From the NCBI GenBank assembly GCA_964608095.1, contig CAZSMK010000011.1, positions 18,209-82,208 of the forward strand: a DNA stretch of 64,000 nt, given 5' to 3'. The notes below the pieces were generated by a model that was not told the origin of the DNA, ran no database searches, and was given only the letters and a program-made list of their open reading frames with translations. The position numbers were made by a program, and so were the translations under genes. Positions 10,150 through 19,217 of the stretch are shown here, piece by piece. Position 1 is the first letter of the stretch. Each line of letters begins with the position of its first letter. This DNA is from an uncultured Candidatus Sumerlaeota bacterium (GTDB taxonomy: Bacteria; Sumerlaeota; Sumerlaeia; MWCT01; JAGHBZ01).

Positions 10150-11169
10150 TTACAATTTCAAGCGGCTGGATGCGTTGGTGGTAAAATCTATGAACTTGCC
10201 TTTTTTGAGATAATGGAGTCCCTGACCCGCAATCATTGCAGCGTTGTCTGTACATAGAGAACGAGGTGGAATGAAGAGTTCACATGTTTTCAACCGCGTT
10301 CTGGACTGTTCTCGTAGTTGACTGTTGCTCGCCACGCCGCCCGCAATCACTACCCTCTTTAACCCAAAATGGTTTGCTGCGGCTTCCACCTTGGTAAGAA
10401 GCGAGTCGATAACAGCCTCCTGAAACGATGCACAAATATCGCGCAGTCGCATATCGTTGTTCTTTATTGTTTCCAAGCCTTCTTTACGGACATAGTTAAC
10501 AACGGCAGTTTTCAACCCGCTGAACGAAAAATTAAAATCGCCGGATTTGATGTGAGGACGAGGAAAGCTAACCGCGTTGGGATCGCCTTCATGCGCAAGG
10601 CAGTCGATAACCGGACCGCCCGGATAGCCCAGTTCGAGGAGTTTTGCCACCTTGTCGTATGCTTCGCCTGCCGCATCATCGAGGGTCTGCCCTACCTGTC
10701 GAAAATCGGTTGCCGAATACACCATCACAAGACTTGTATGACCCCCGGACACCACTAACCCCAGGTAAGGATACTCGGGCGCCTGACGAACGGAACTATC
10801 TTCCTGAAGGAATACGGAATAGAGATGTGCCGCCACATGGTTAATCCCGATAAGGGGTTTGTGGTAGGTAAAGCCGAGCGACTTTGCGGTCTCGAGTCCG
10901 ACGAGGAGCGACCCTATCAATCCTGGTCCGATAGTCACGGCAATGGCGTCAATACGGTCGAGCGAGACGTCGGCAGATTTCAAAGCCTCGTCGAGTACTG
11001 GTAGAATATTTCTTATATGCTCGCGCGATGCAAGCTCAGGTACAACTCCACCGTAAGGCGAATGAACCTTCACCTGCGACGATACCACATTGGAAACAAT
11101 CCAGATACCATCGCGGACAATTGCAGCCGCGGTCTCGTCGCATGAAGTTTCTATTCCCAGAATCAACAT
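10150..11169 (-). CDS. tsaD: tRNA N6-adenosine threonylcarbamoyltransferase TsaD
   Basis: LGIETSCDETAAA, GGVVPELASREH, HVAAH, VSGGHT, DDAAGEAYDKVAK, CTDNAAMIA. Confidence 0.97.
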   Translation of the reverse strand: MLILGIETSCDETAAAIVRDGIWIVSNVVSSQVKVHSPYGGVVPELASREHIRNILPVLDEALKSADVSLDRIDAIAVTIGPGLIGSLLVGLETAKSLGFTYHKPLIGINHVAAHLYSVFLQEDSSVRQAPEYPYLGLVVSGGHTSLVMVYSATDFRQVGQTLDDAAGEAYDKVAKLLELGYPGGPVIDCLAHEGDPNAVSFPRPHIKSGDFNFSFSGLKTAVVNYVRKEGLETIKNNDMRLRDICASFQEAVIDSLLTKVEAAANHFGLKRVVIAGGVASNSQLREQSRTRLKTCELFIPPRSLCTDNAAMIAGQGLHYLKKGKFIDFTTNASSRLKL

Positions 11170-11212
11170 TTTACTTTATTTTTCCCTCTCCATCACAGAA
11201 GAATCTATTGTT

Positions 11213-12667
11213 ATGGATTCTGTTAAAAAAAGTAAAGTGCGTATTGGCTTTGTGCTCTTTCTACTTGCGTTTGTGAACTACTCGTATTTTTTTCATCGTT
11301 CGCCCGGATGGAACGTTAATTCCCGCCTTGCGTTAACGTATGCTATAGTCGACGAAGGCATCTTAAAGATAGACCGCTACCACGAAGAAGGAGCGGTCGC
11401 GACAGGAGACAAGGCTTTTTTCGAGGGACATTATTATTCGGACAAAATGATCGGTGTATCGCTTCTCGGCGTTATCCCCTACGGATTGTCCCGTGTTTTT
11501 CTTGGTAAAGACGTTGCGCTGAGATTTCCTCATTATGCTCGGTATATCACGCGCGTATTCAGCGTTTCCCTCTGCGGCGCTCTGGCTGTTGTCGTTATGT
11601 ACCATATCCTTTTGCTCTTCGGTAGCGATATAGGTACTGCTGCATTTCTGGCGCTTCTTTTTGCATTCGGCACCATGTTTTTCCCCTATAGCACCGTCTT
11701 TTTCCCTTATGCGCCTGCGGTGCTTCTCAGTCTCCTTGCGTTCAGAAGCATTCTGAAATTAAAACCCGAGAGCCACACATTCAGCGACTTTTTTTTGATA
11801 GGTCTTTTTCTGGGCTTGACACTCCTCTTTGAATACATCTTCGGCTTGGTTGTCGCCGCATTACTCGTATACTTGATCGCGCTCAAGAAACCCCGCCCTG
11901 ATGAAATCCTGCTGTGCGGCGCAGGTATCTTTGCCGGACTAATACCTTTTTTCATATACTCGGTGGCAATTTTCGGAACTATTACGATTCCGTATAGCCA
12001 TGAAGCAGACCCTCTTTTCCGCGAAGGCATGTCCCGGGGATTTATGGGAATAACCGCACCGCGCCTTACCGTGCTCTATTATCTTACGATACACCCGTAC
12101 CGTGGGCTCTTTTTTCTTTCGCCCTTTCTCCTATTTTCGTTGTTGGGCGGCGTGGTGTGGCTGGCTCAAAAAAAGTTCGTACCGGAAACCATCCTGTGTC
12201 TTTCCCTTATAGTTTTGTACCTCTTGTTCAATTCTGCGTATTATATGTGGTGGGGAGGCTGGACAGCGGTACCCCGACACCTTATACCGATGATTCCGTT
12301 CATGATTCCTCTTCTCATACCAATCCTAAAAAGCAAGCGGTTGGTCAGGTACTTACTATACATTGGAATTTTTCTCGGTGTGTTCTTTTCCATTATTATA
12401 GCGGCAACAGACCCGCAAGAACCACAGGGCTACCAGACAGTATTTCTCCTCAACCCGCGCATCTCGTATAATTTCCAGAGCAGGGTCTTGTTTCGCCAGG
12501 CTCCTGACTTTATTCGCGGCGATATCGATCCAAACATCGGCTCTTTTATAGGTCTTCGAGGATTAACCACCCTTTTACCGCTTCTGCTCATTTCCGTCGT
12601 TCTCATTATCTGGATACGTATAAAGGTCATAGAGAAAGAGAGAGCGCCTGTTGAAAGACAGCACTGA
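11213..12667 (+). CDS. Polytopic membrane protein, GT-C-like
   Basis: The start is moved from the track's 11090 (which overlaps tsaD) to the in-frame ATG at 11213. First loop WNVNSRLALTYAIVDEG...GDKA...YYSDK, many TM helices, WWGGW..PRHL.P motif. Confidence 0.65.
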   Translation: MDSVKKSKVRIGFVLFLLAFVNYSYFFHRSPGWNVNSRLALTYAIVDEGILKIDRYHEEGAVATGDKAFFEGHYYSDKMIGVSLLGVIPYGLSRVFLGKDVALRFPHYARYITRVFSVSLCGALAVVVMYHILLLFGSDIGTAAFLALLFAFGTMFFPYSTVFFPYAPAVLLSLLAFRSILKLKPESHTFSDFFLIGLFLGLTLLFEYIFGLVVAALLVYLIALKKPRPDEILLCGAGIFAGLIPFFIYSVAIFGTITIPYSHEADPLFREGMSRGFMGITAPRLTVLYYLTIHPYRGLFFLSPFLLFSLLGGVVWLAQKKFVPETILCLSLIVLYLLFNSAYYMWWGGWTAVPRHLIPMIPFMIPLLIPILKSKRLVRYLLYIGIFLGVFFSIIIAATDPQEPQGYQTVFLLNPRISYNFQSRVLFRQAPDFIRGDIDPNIGSFIGLRGLTTLLPLLLISVVLIIWIRIKVIEKERAPVERQH

Positions 12668-12680
12668 ACAGTACCTGCAT

Positions 12681-14468
12681 TTAGTTTACGCTGTATAGAA
12701 CATAGCGATCGTTTTCATACAGTTTGCTGAAATCATAAGGTCGCAGGTCTGAAAAGGTCAGGAAATAATGCGCGCCAAATCGATGCGATAGACTGACGAC
12801 ATCCCCCTCAGACAGCATACGATAGCCACGATCAAGGAGAACCTTGACAGGCGCGGCAAAACGGATTTTATGAAGTAGCTCGAGGTAATGGTGACCATTG
12901 GCTTCATCTCCCGGTTCTGAGATATGAAAGTCTGCGGCTTGAAGCACGTTTCCCACCCTGCTGATACGATCAAACCAGCGAGCAAGTGCGGCGTTAGTGA
13001 ACGGCACCGCCTTGAAATCAACGACGCAGGAGCGTTCGGCATATACCCGGAAACCCTCCATATTCGGTGGTATTATAAAGATGGTTGTCGCCGATGTGTT
13101 CTCCTCAATCCAGGTGCAGATATCCTGATATGCTGATTCATCTGGTGCGATGCTTCGCCGGAAATGTTCATCGCGTCCCGTGAGCGCAGCTATCGGCGGA
13201 TTAAGGACACCGCGTCCGGCGCACACAAGAAGAAGCATTGCCGCCAGAGAAATATACACCATACTTTTTTGAAAGGAAGCGGGAACAGTCGGCAGCGAAA
13301 CAGATTTTGACGGAATTTTTCTGACAAACAGAAGATAAAAAACGAGGCTGAGAACGGCAAGAGGAATAAATATCCGTGGGATGCGGTACATAGCAATGAG
13401 GAGGATGCCGGGAATCGCTCCGCGATAACCAGAACGATCTATAAAATCAACCGCAAACCGTCCCAGATAAATGGATATAAATATAGTAAAAAGTACTGTC
13501 TGGCGAAAGCTTTGCAAATATGCAATAAATCCAACCGGAAAAATCTCCACAAAGATGACATGTATTAGACACATGATTGTGATATAGGCGAAGATTATGC
13601 GCTCGACAATTTTACCCTGCGATGGATACAAGACGCTCAACACCAACCAGAAGAGGGTGTAGCACGCAAATTCCGCTGTCATTAATGGGTGCCATGTGAA
13701 GGGGGAATGATGATGGGGATGACGAAACGCCAATATCTCGGCAACGGCGCTCCCGGATATTATGCGTTCCTGGGTCATATACTGCACTGCGGTGCTGAGG
13801 AGCGTCGGTGCACCCACAAGCAGACTTATGACAACGGCTGTCAGGATTGCGCGCTTGTGATGAGACATAAAGGGTATGAGAAGCACAAGAACAGCGAACA
13901 TGTGAAGACCGATAAAAAGATGTGCGTTGAACAAAATGCCCAGCGCAATTCCGGCATACAAAAAATAGGTTTTATTCTTCTCTGACATAATCAGGAAAGC
14001 GAGCATGAGAACGGCAAGAGAGAAGCCAAGAAAGTTCGCCTCGAAATGTGCAGCATGGGCATAATGACCACCCAACGATATGCGTGGAAAAAGAACAACT
14101 GCGATAAGGGCAAGATATCCGATCACCGCGCGACCGAACATCGCGTATGCCATCATAAATACTCCCGCACACAACAGGATACGTGTCACAATGTGTGAGA
14201 GAAGAAATGCAACATCTACCGGTATAAATCGCGATATATAACTCAAAGGAACAACAATGTTTGCATGCAGCATCGAAGTTGAAAGATAGAAATCGTGAGA
14301 AAGAAATTCGCCGGATGAGTTATACCACCATATCCAGGAAAGATATTCTATTGTATTCCCGGTGCCGAACTGATGACCCTGGAACAGAACAGATGCAAGA
14401 GCCAATATAATAATCCATAGAGCGAGATACAGCGTATGATCAAATGTTTTGTTCCCGGCTTTTTGCAT
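12681..14468 (-). CDS. Polytopic membrane protein with C-terminal soluble domain (GT-C-like, DUF6798-like C-terminus)
   Basis: Many TM segments. RHPHH loop. C-terminal WIEENT...FIIPP..EGFRVYAERSCVVDFKAVPF. Confidence 0.6.
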   Translation of the reverse strand: MQKAGNKTFDHTLYLALWIIILALASVLFQGHQFGTGNTIEYLSWIWWYNSSGEFLSHDFYLSTSMLHANIVVPLSYISRFIPVDVAFLLSHIVTRILLCAGVFMMAYAMFGRAVIGYLALIAVVLFPRISLGGHYAHAAHFEANFLGFSLAVLMLAFLIMSEKNKTYFLYAGIALGILFNAHLFIGLHMFAVLVLLIPFMSHHKRAILTAVVISLLVGAPTLLSTAVQYMTQERIISGSAVAEILAFRHPHHHSPFTWHPLMTAEFACYTLFWLVLSVLYPSQGKIVERIIFAYITIMCLIHVIFVEIFPVGFIAYLQSFRQTVLFTIFISIYLGRFAVDFIDRSGYRGAIPGILLIAMYRIPRIFIPLAVLSLVFYLLFVRKIPSKSVSLPTVPASFQKSMVYISLAAMLLLVCAGRGVLNPPIAALTGRDEHFRRSIAPDESAYQDICTWIEENTSATTIFIIPPNMEGFRVYAERSCVVDFKAVPFTNAALARWFDRISRVGNVLQAADFHISEPGDEANGHHYLELLHKIRFAAPVKVLLDRGYRMLSEGDVVSLSHRFGAHYFLTFSDLRPYDFSKLYENDRYVLYSVN

Positions 14469-14474
14469 AAACTA

Positions 14475-16841
14475 TTATTGTTCGCTATCCTCTATATTTT
14501 GAGTTCCCCTCAAGTCCATAGAGCCCTGGATTGGACTGCGTCTGACAGAATCGGCACCGCGTCTCGTCACTTTCTGTTGATATTCCTTTATATCTTCCTC
14601 TGAGAGAATCTCAATTTCGCCGAGTGCAATCCCAAGTTTATCGGCAGGTGTAATAATCGGTGGATCGACCCAGAACTCTATCAACTGATTATTGAGCGAA
14701 AAATCGTCGAAAACCACGACCGAAGATGAAAGCCCGCCGCCTTCCGAAGGCGGTATTGTCCTGTGGTGCGCTCTTTCGTTAAAAAGCAGCAGGATTGATT
14801 GACCGTCTTCGCAAATATAAATCAATCTCAAACCCTTTATCCCTTCGACAGAAGGCAGGATGATACGAAAATATTGTGAAGTCCAGCGGTAAGTGAACTC
14901 GAGCCCTCCCCAGACGCTACGCCCGCGAAAATCATCGAGGCAAAGAAACACGCTATCGCCGGGCACACCAACATCAAGCAAATGCGGTGTCTTGTCTGGA
15001 AGAACTATATCAGGCAGGTATTCGAACACGTAAGAATTTCCGCTCTTGAAGGCAAGTTTAAAGCCGGGTGAGAAGAAGAGATCGTCGGCATTGAGTTGAG
15101 GCACACGTCCCACCACATTTTTTGACGCACAAAATGCGTATGATATTCCCAGCCTTTTTGCTGCTTGACGTGCCTCGGGATTTTGTGCCAACAATGCGGC
15201 ATATCGCTGAACGATAAATATATCCTTGAGTACCTCATCACGTTTATCCGACGGCGCGGTTCCCCAGAGATAGGTCGTTGCCTTTCTATGCGTCAGAAAC
15301 GTAATCCATTCACCGATATCCTCACGCAAATTCGTGAGGACAATCGTATTCGGAGGTGTGTTATTCTTTATCCATTCAAAACATTCGAAATCCGATTCGG
15401 TTTGTGGAGCGTATTTGTCACGTGCCCCAACAAGAAACTGAATCATTGTCGGCGTAGTAATGCAGAGAGTCACTATACAGATGATGAGTAACAATATCAT
15501 AGCGAGCGATTGTGCTCGCTTGCTCAGGATATAGTACAATCCCGCTATGGAGAATAGAGGAAGAAAAAAGACCCAAAGGTAAAGGAGTCTGCCAGCCATG
15601 GGCCAGGGATGAATTCTCACCAGGAACGGCTTAAGCCAGGGAACAAGCCACAGAAACATGGAGATAACGACCGCTGCAAACGCAGTAAGCCAGAAAAGAT
15701 GTCTGCGTTTAAATAGTAAATACAGGATTCCGAAAAGAGCCAAAAAAGGCATGACATAGTTATTGTTCTCGGAAAAAGGGTGATACCAGAAGAAAAGTAT
15801 AAATTGCTGGATGTTCCCCGGCGATTCCTGATTCAGTTCCCAGATTTTTTGTGAACGCGGCATGAAAACACCGCCTTCTGATATTGACAACAAATCCGGT
15901 ATCGCAGGCAGAACAAGGATGAAAAACAGGAGTGAAGAAATGAAGAGAAGTTTTATAATATGCCCAAACTTACGAGACAAATAGCGAAAATGAAAGGGCA
16001 ATATAACCATGCCTATGAGAAATACCGAGAGGATATCAACTGGATGACTATAGATGAGGGCAACACTGAGAAGTACAAAGATGAACCAATTGGAAAGACA
16101 TTGTTTTTTTAGAGCGCTGAGAAGGGCATAAATAGAAGCGCCGACATACAGCACTCCCAGGGTTACCGTCCACCCCCCACCCCAGTAGACAATCATCGGG
16201 AACACAAAGGTGGTTGAGAAAAGAGCTGTCAGAAATGCGATCCGCCTATTTTGGACAATTACAGAAGTGAGCAAAAAAGCCGCGATCGGGAAAAGCGCCG
16301 CATGAAAGATGCTTAACTGCAGAATGAGCCGGGGCAGGGGTACCGGTACAAGTGAATATGCAAGTGCATTGACACAATGGAATGCATTGGGGTAAGGACG
16401 CGCTAAATGTACTGTACGGTTCTCCCATATATAATACGTGTACTCGCTGTGATTATAGGCATCGTCAACATGAGGCGGGACTATCTGCCCCGCAGCTACA
16501 ACTTCAAGTGTAAAGACAATAATAAGTGAAGGAATTAGAAGGTAGAAGTCGCGAAGAGCAGGTTTATCCAGATGTATCCTGTTTCTTGTCCAGAGATAGA
16601 TGAATGGAATCAGAAGAATAATGAGCAACACACCAAACGATAAAAGCGTGAACGGGAGATCGACAAAAGAAAGAAGAATCCCCCAGATAATGACGACGCC
16701 AAAGGAAAGAAGGACACCGTATAGAATCGCCTCCATGAGCGAGCGTATGCCCAGCATCAATGCAACGAGAAATCCGGGCATAACTGCGCACACTAAAAAC
16801 GCCATAAACGAGAGGATTACGTCTATAATGAAAGGATGCAT
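14475..16841 (-). CDS. Large polytopic membrane protein, GT-C-like (DUF6541-like), with extracytoplasmic C-terminal domains
   Basis: 788 aa. PPHVDDAYNH...YPNAFH loop, many TM helices, C-terminal WIKNNTPPNTIVLTN. Lies 6 nt upstream of the previous gene. Confidence 0.6.
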   Translation of the reverse strand: MHPFIIDVILSFMAFLVCAVMPGFLVALMLGIRSLMEAILYGVLLSFGVVIIWGILLSFVDLPFTLLSFGVLLIILLIPFIYLWTRNRIHLDKPALRDFYLLIPSLIIVFTLEVVAAGQIVPPHVDDAYNHSEYTYYIWENRTVHLARPYPNAFHCVNALAYSLVPVPLPRLILQLSIFHAALFPIAAFLLTSVIVQNRRIAFLTALFSTTFVFPMIVYWGGGWTVTLGVLYVGASIYALLSALKKQCLSNWFIFVLLSVALIYSHPVDILSVFLIGMVILPFHFRYLSRKFGHIIKLLFISSLLFFILVLPAIPDLLSISEGGVFMPRSQKIWELNQESPGNIQQFILFFWYHPFSENNNYVMPFLALFGILYLLFKRRHLFWLTAFAAVVISMFLWLVPWLKPFLVRIHPWPMAGRLLYLWVFFLPLFSIAGLYYILSKRAQSLAMILLLIICIVTLCITTPTMIQFLVGARDKYAPQTESDFECFEWIKNNTPPNTIVLTNLREDIGEWITFLTHRKATTYLWGTAPSDKRDEVLKDIFIVQRYAALLAQNPEARQAAKRLGISYAFCASKNVVGRVPQLNADDLFFSPGFKLAFKSGNSYVFEYLPDIVLPDKTPHLLDVGVPGDSVFLCLDDFRGRSVWGGLEFTYRWTSQYFRIILPSVEGIKGLRLIYICEDGQSILLLFNERAHHRTIPPSEGGGLSSSVVVFDDFSLNNQLIEFWVDPPIITPADKLGIALGEIEILSEEDIKEYQQKVTRRGADSVRRSPIQGSMDLRGTQNIEDSEQ

Positions 16842-16933
16842 ATTGTAACCGATAGTCTTATACCTTTATCAACACTCATCGTGTTTGGATAACTTTTTAC
16901 CTGCTCATTAACTGTAGCGGCTGCCTTTCACTT

Positions 16934-17395
16934 CTATTCCGTGTCTCGCTCTATGTTTTTTCTCTCCACATTACCTGATCCAAGTTCCTTAATCCGGTCC
17001 TGCAACATCTTTACCTCTGACAAAAGTATCGCCTGTTGTGACGCCATCTTGCGAATCGATCTTCTTTGTGAGGTAATAACAATCGAATACTGAACCTGAA
17101 GAGCAAGGAGAAAAAGTATACTGGATATAAACACTGTCGTTGTGGGAGCGACCGCACCAATCATGCGAGTCAAGAGTTCGAGCAAGCCAAACCAGACTAC
17201 TATCAAAAAAGTCGAGAGGATGGCAAAGAGCCAGAGCAAAGAGTACTCTTCAGCGATTTTGTGCCGCACGACCAGTGAAAGGATAAAGAGAAAAAGCATC
17301 GTCAGAATCACGAGCATAGCGATTTTTTGATGTAAAGTCGGACGAAACATTTCAGGCGTTGCGGAAGACAACGCATACATAAGAAAGATACTCAT
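16934..17395 (-). CDS. DUF2304-family small membrane protein (GacJ/Rv3632-like partner of GT2)
   Basis: Three TM segments, EYSLLW motif and a coiled-coil tail (IRKMASQQAIL). Overlaps the GT2 stop by 4 nt; the true start may be a later Met. Confidence 0.75.
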   Translation of the reverse strand: MSIFLMYALSSATPEMFRPTLHQKIAMLVILTMLFLFILSLVVRHKIAEEYSLLWLFAILSTFLIVVWFGLLELLTRMIGAVAPTTTVFISSILFLLALQVQYSIVITSQRRSIRKMASQQAILLSEVKMLQDRIKELGSGNVERKNIERDTE

Positions 17396-18186
17396 TTTGA
17401 ACCTCCTCGCGAGTTGAATGAACGAGGTTTTTCACGAAGCAGCGTCATAATCATAGACATAGTGACCCTTAATATATAGTAAATAACCCCTAAAGGATTG
17501 CTGTGCATCGACTTGCCGCTCTGGCGGGGAATGAATTTCGCTCCTACCTCGCACAACTTAAAACCCGCTCGATGCAACATCAAAAGAAAATTAGCATCCG
17601 GATAATCGCCCGGAAACAACTCCGAGATATAGAGACGCAATACATGTCGGCGAATTGCCTGAAATCCACTGGTAGGATCAGTGACGCGTATTCCTGTCAT
17701 GAGCCACAGAAGATATGAGAAAAACTTCTGACCGAGTCGTCGAAAAAAAGGCATTTGATATTCAATCTCACCCTTGAAACGACTCCCGAGTACCATATCG
17801 CACTCGTGTTCTCTGAGGTGGGATATCAGAGCAGGGATGGAATCTGGACTGTGTTGTCCATCAGCATCCATCAAGACTACTGTTTCGTATCCCTTTTGCC
17901 ATGCGTACGTCAAGCCTGTTTGCACCGCACAGCCATAACCCATATTTACCGAGTGAGGCAGGACAATGACGCCTTTTCTTTCTGATTCTGATGCAGTGGT
18001 GTCTTCCGATCCATCGTCGACAACAATAATATCCGCTCTCTCGTCGTCGAGGACGTTACGGACCTGCTGTAGCACCTTTGAGATAATTCCTCCCTCATTG
18101 TATGCGGGCATTACTATTGCAATTTTTCCCATAACGGAGGTTCGGTTACTGCCTTTCTCTGGAGACATTGACGCATAATTCACCAT
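17392..18186 (-). CDS. GT2 glycosyltransferase, polyprenol-phosphate-sugar synthase (DPM1/GacI-like)
   Basis: VMPAYNE, VDDGSED, NMGYG, MDADGQH, LGSRF, TDPTSGF. The start is probably near MGKIAIV. Confidence 0.88.
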   Translation of the reverse strand: MVNYASMSPEKGSNRTSVMGKIAIVMPAYNEGGIISKVLQQVRNVLDDERADIIVVDDGSEDTTASESERKGVIVLPHSVNMGYGCAVQTGLTYAWQKGYETVVLMDADGQHSPDSIPALISHLREHECDMVLGSRFKGEIEYQMPFFRRLGQKFFSYLLWLMTGIRVTDPTSGFQAIRRHVLRLYISELFPGDYPDANFLLMLHRAGFKLCEVGAKFIPRQSGKSMHSNPLGVIYYILRVTMSMIMTLLREKPRSFNSRGGSK

Positions 18187-18418
18187 CGCTGTATGTCACC
18201 ACCCCGGCTATCCGACTGATTATAACAAACACCACACCTGCTACCTTTGTTAAAGGAAAAGAACGGCACCCAACCGTTGTGTCATCATTCTTGAAAACGA
18301 ATCTGCAATTGGATTTTCAATCTACAAAGAAATTCTCTATGCCACTCCATATACGCAGGAATGGATCACTCACAATCGACTCAACTGACTAACTACCTTC
18401 TCGTCAGAGAATCAATGA

Positions 18419-18691
18419 TTAGTCCAGGACCCAATCTACTCTATATACTTTCACACTATCCCGAAGTTGTATAAGAAACGTATGCTGGTCGCCAAGCGTT
18501 ATAACTTCCTTGATATCCTCCGCAGGGAGTGTACTGATGTGGAACACATCGACGTTGGGTTTACTTGATTTGGAAGTCCGCGCCTCAGCAGAACTGGAAA
18601 AGACGTCTATGCCTGTTTGTAACACAAGAGCAACCAAACACAGGGCAATTATTGTGAGTAGTATTTTGGTATACACTTCACTGAATTTCAT
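18419..18691 (-). CDS. Small secreted/membrane hypothetical protein
   Basis: GGAGG RBS upstream and an N-terminal hydrophobic segment YTKILLTIIALCLVALVL. Alternative GTG start at 18703. Confidence 0.7.
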   Translation of the reverse strand: MKFSEVYTKILLTIIALCLVALVLQTGIDVFSSSAEARTSKSSKPNVDVFHISTLPAEDIKEVITLGDQHTFLIQLRDSVKVYRVDWVLD

Positions 18692-18821
18692 TCTCGTAAT
18701 CACCTCCTGTACAAAATGTATCTCATCTGGTTCGTAAATTAGTTCACTCTAAAATACACAATTTATTCATATAATCGTGACAGGCGCCTGAGTATGTACG
18801 ATTCCATGTAAAACCACGCAT

Positions 18822-19202
18822 TCACTCACCGCGATAGATTTCTATTTTTTCTCCTTCTTTTGCTCTCTTGAGTAACGCAGGGTCACCCTCAATTTTTCCA
18901 ATGACATCGACTGGACTTGCCGGGCGAATCTCGTTACCCGAACTTATAGGGGTCGGTCCAAAGAAAAGACATAACGCCTTTCCCAACGGCCAGTACCCGA
19001 TATCGCCATAGGAAACAATATCCTTGGGTTCTTGAACTTTCAACTCCAGGGGAATAGTAAAATATATCTCATCGCCCCAGGTAGTGACTTTTCCCGATAT
19101 CGGAAGTGCGGCGAATATCTTACGTGCTAAGGTGGTATCATTAAGATGCGCATCAATATTCAGCCCCGCGACTTTTATTTCAATCTTTTTACCTGCCTGC
19201 AT
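18822..19202 (-). CDS. Cyclophilin-like fold protein (DUF369/TM1367-like)
   Basis: ALPI.G.V.TWGDEIYF, GDIGYWP.G.ALCLFFGPTP, PASPVDVIG. Confidence 0.85.
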   Translation of the reverse strand: MQAGKKIEIKVAGLNIDAHLNDTTLARKIFAALPISGKVTTWGDEIYFTIPLELKVQEPKDIVSYGDIGYWPLGKALCLFFGPTPISSGNEIRPASPVDVIGKIEGDPALLKRAKEGEKIEIYRGE

Positions 19203-19217
19203 GATCTTCTCGTCTCA

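Noticed and set aside
11090-11212. N-terminal extension of the 525-aa ORF overlapping tsaD head-to-head
   Set aside because: It overlaps the conserved tsaD start on the opposite strand. The in-frame ATG at 11213 gives a normal N-terminus.
8816-18220. 13-bp intergenic match (ATCAGTCGGATAG at 8816; reverse complement at 18208; weaker copy near 26768)
   Set aside because: A rough expectation of one 13-mer match among a few kb of intergenic DNA is not far below 1, and the flanking genes are unrelated.
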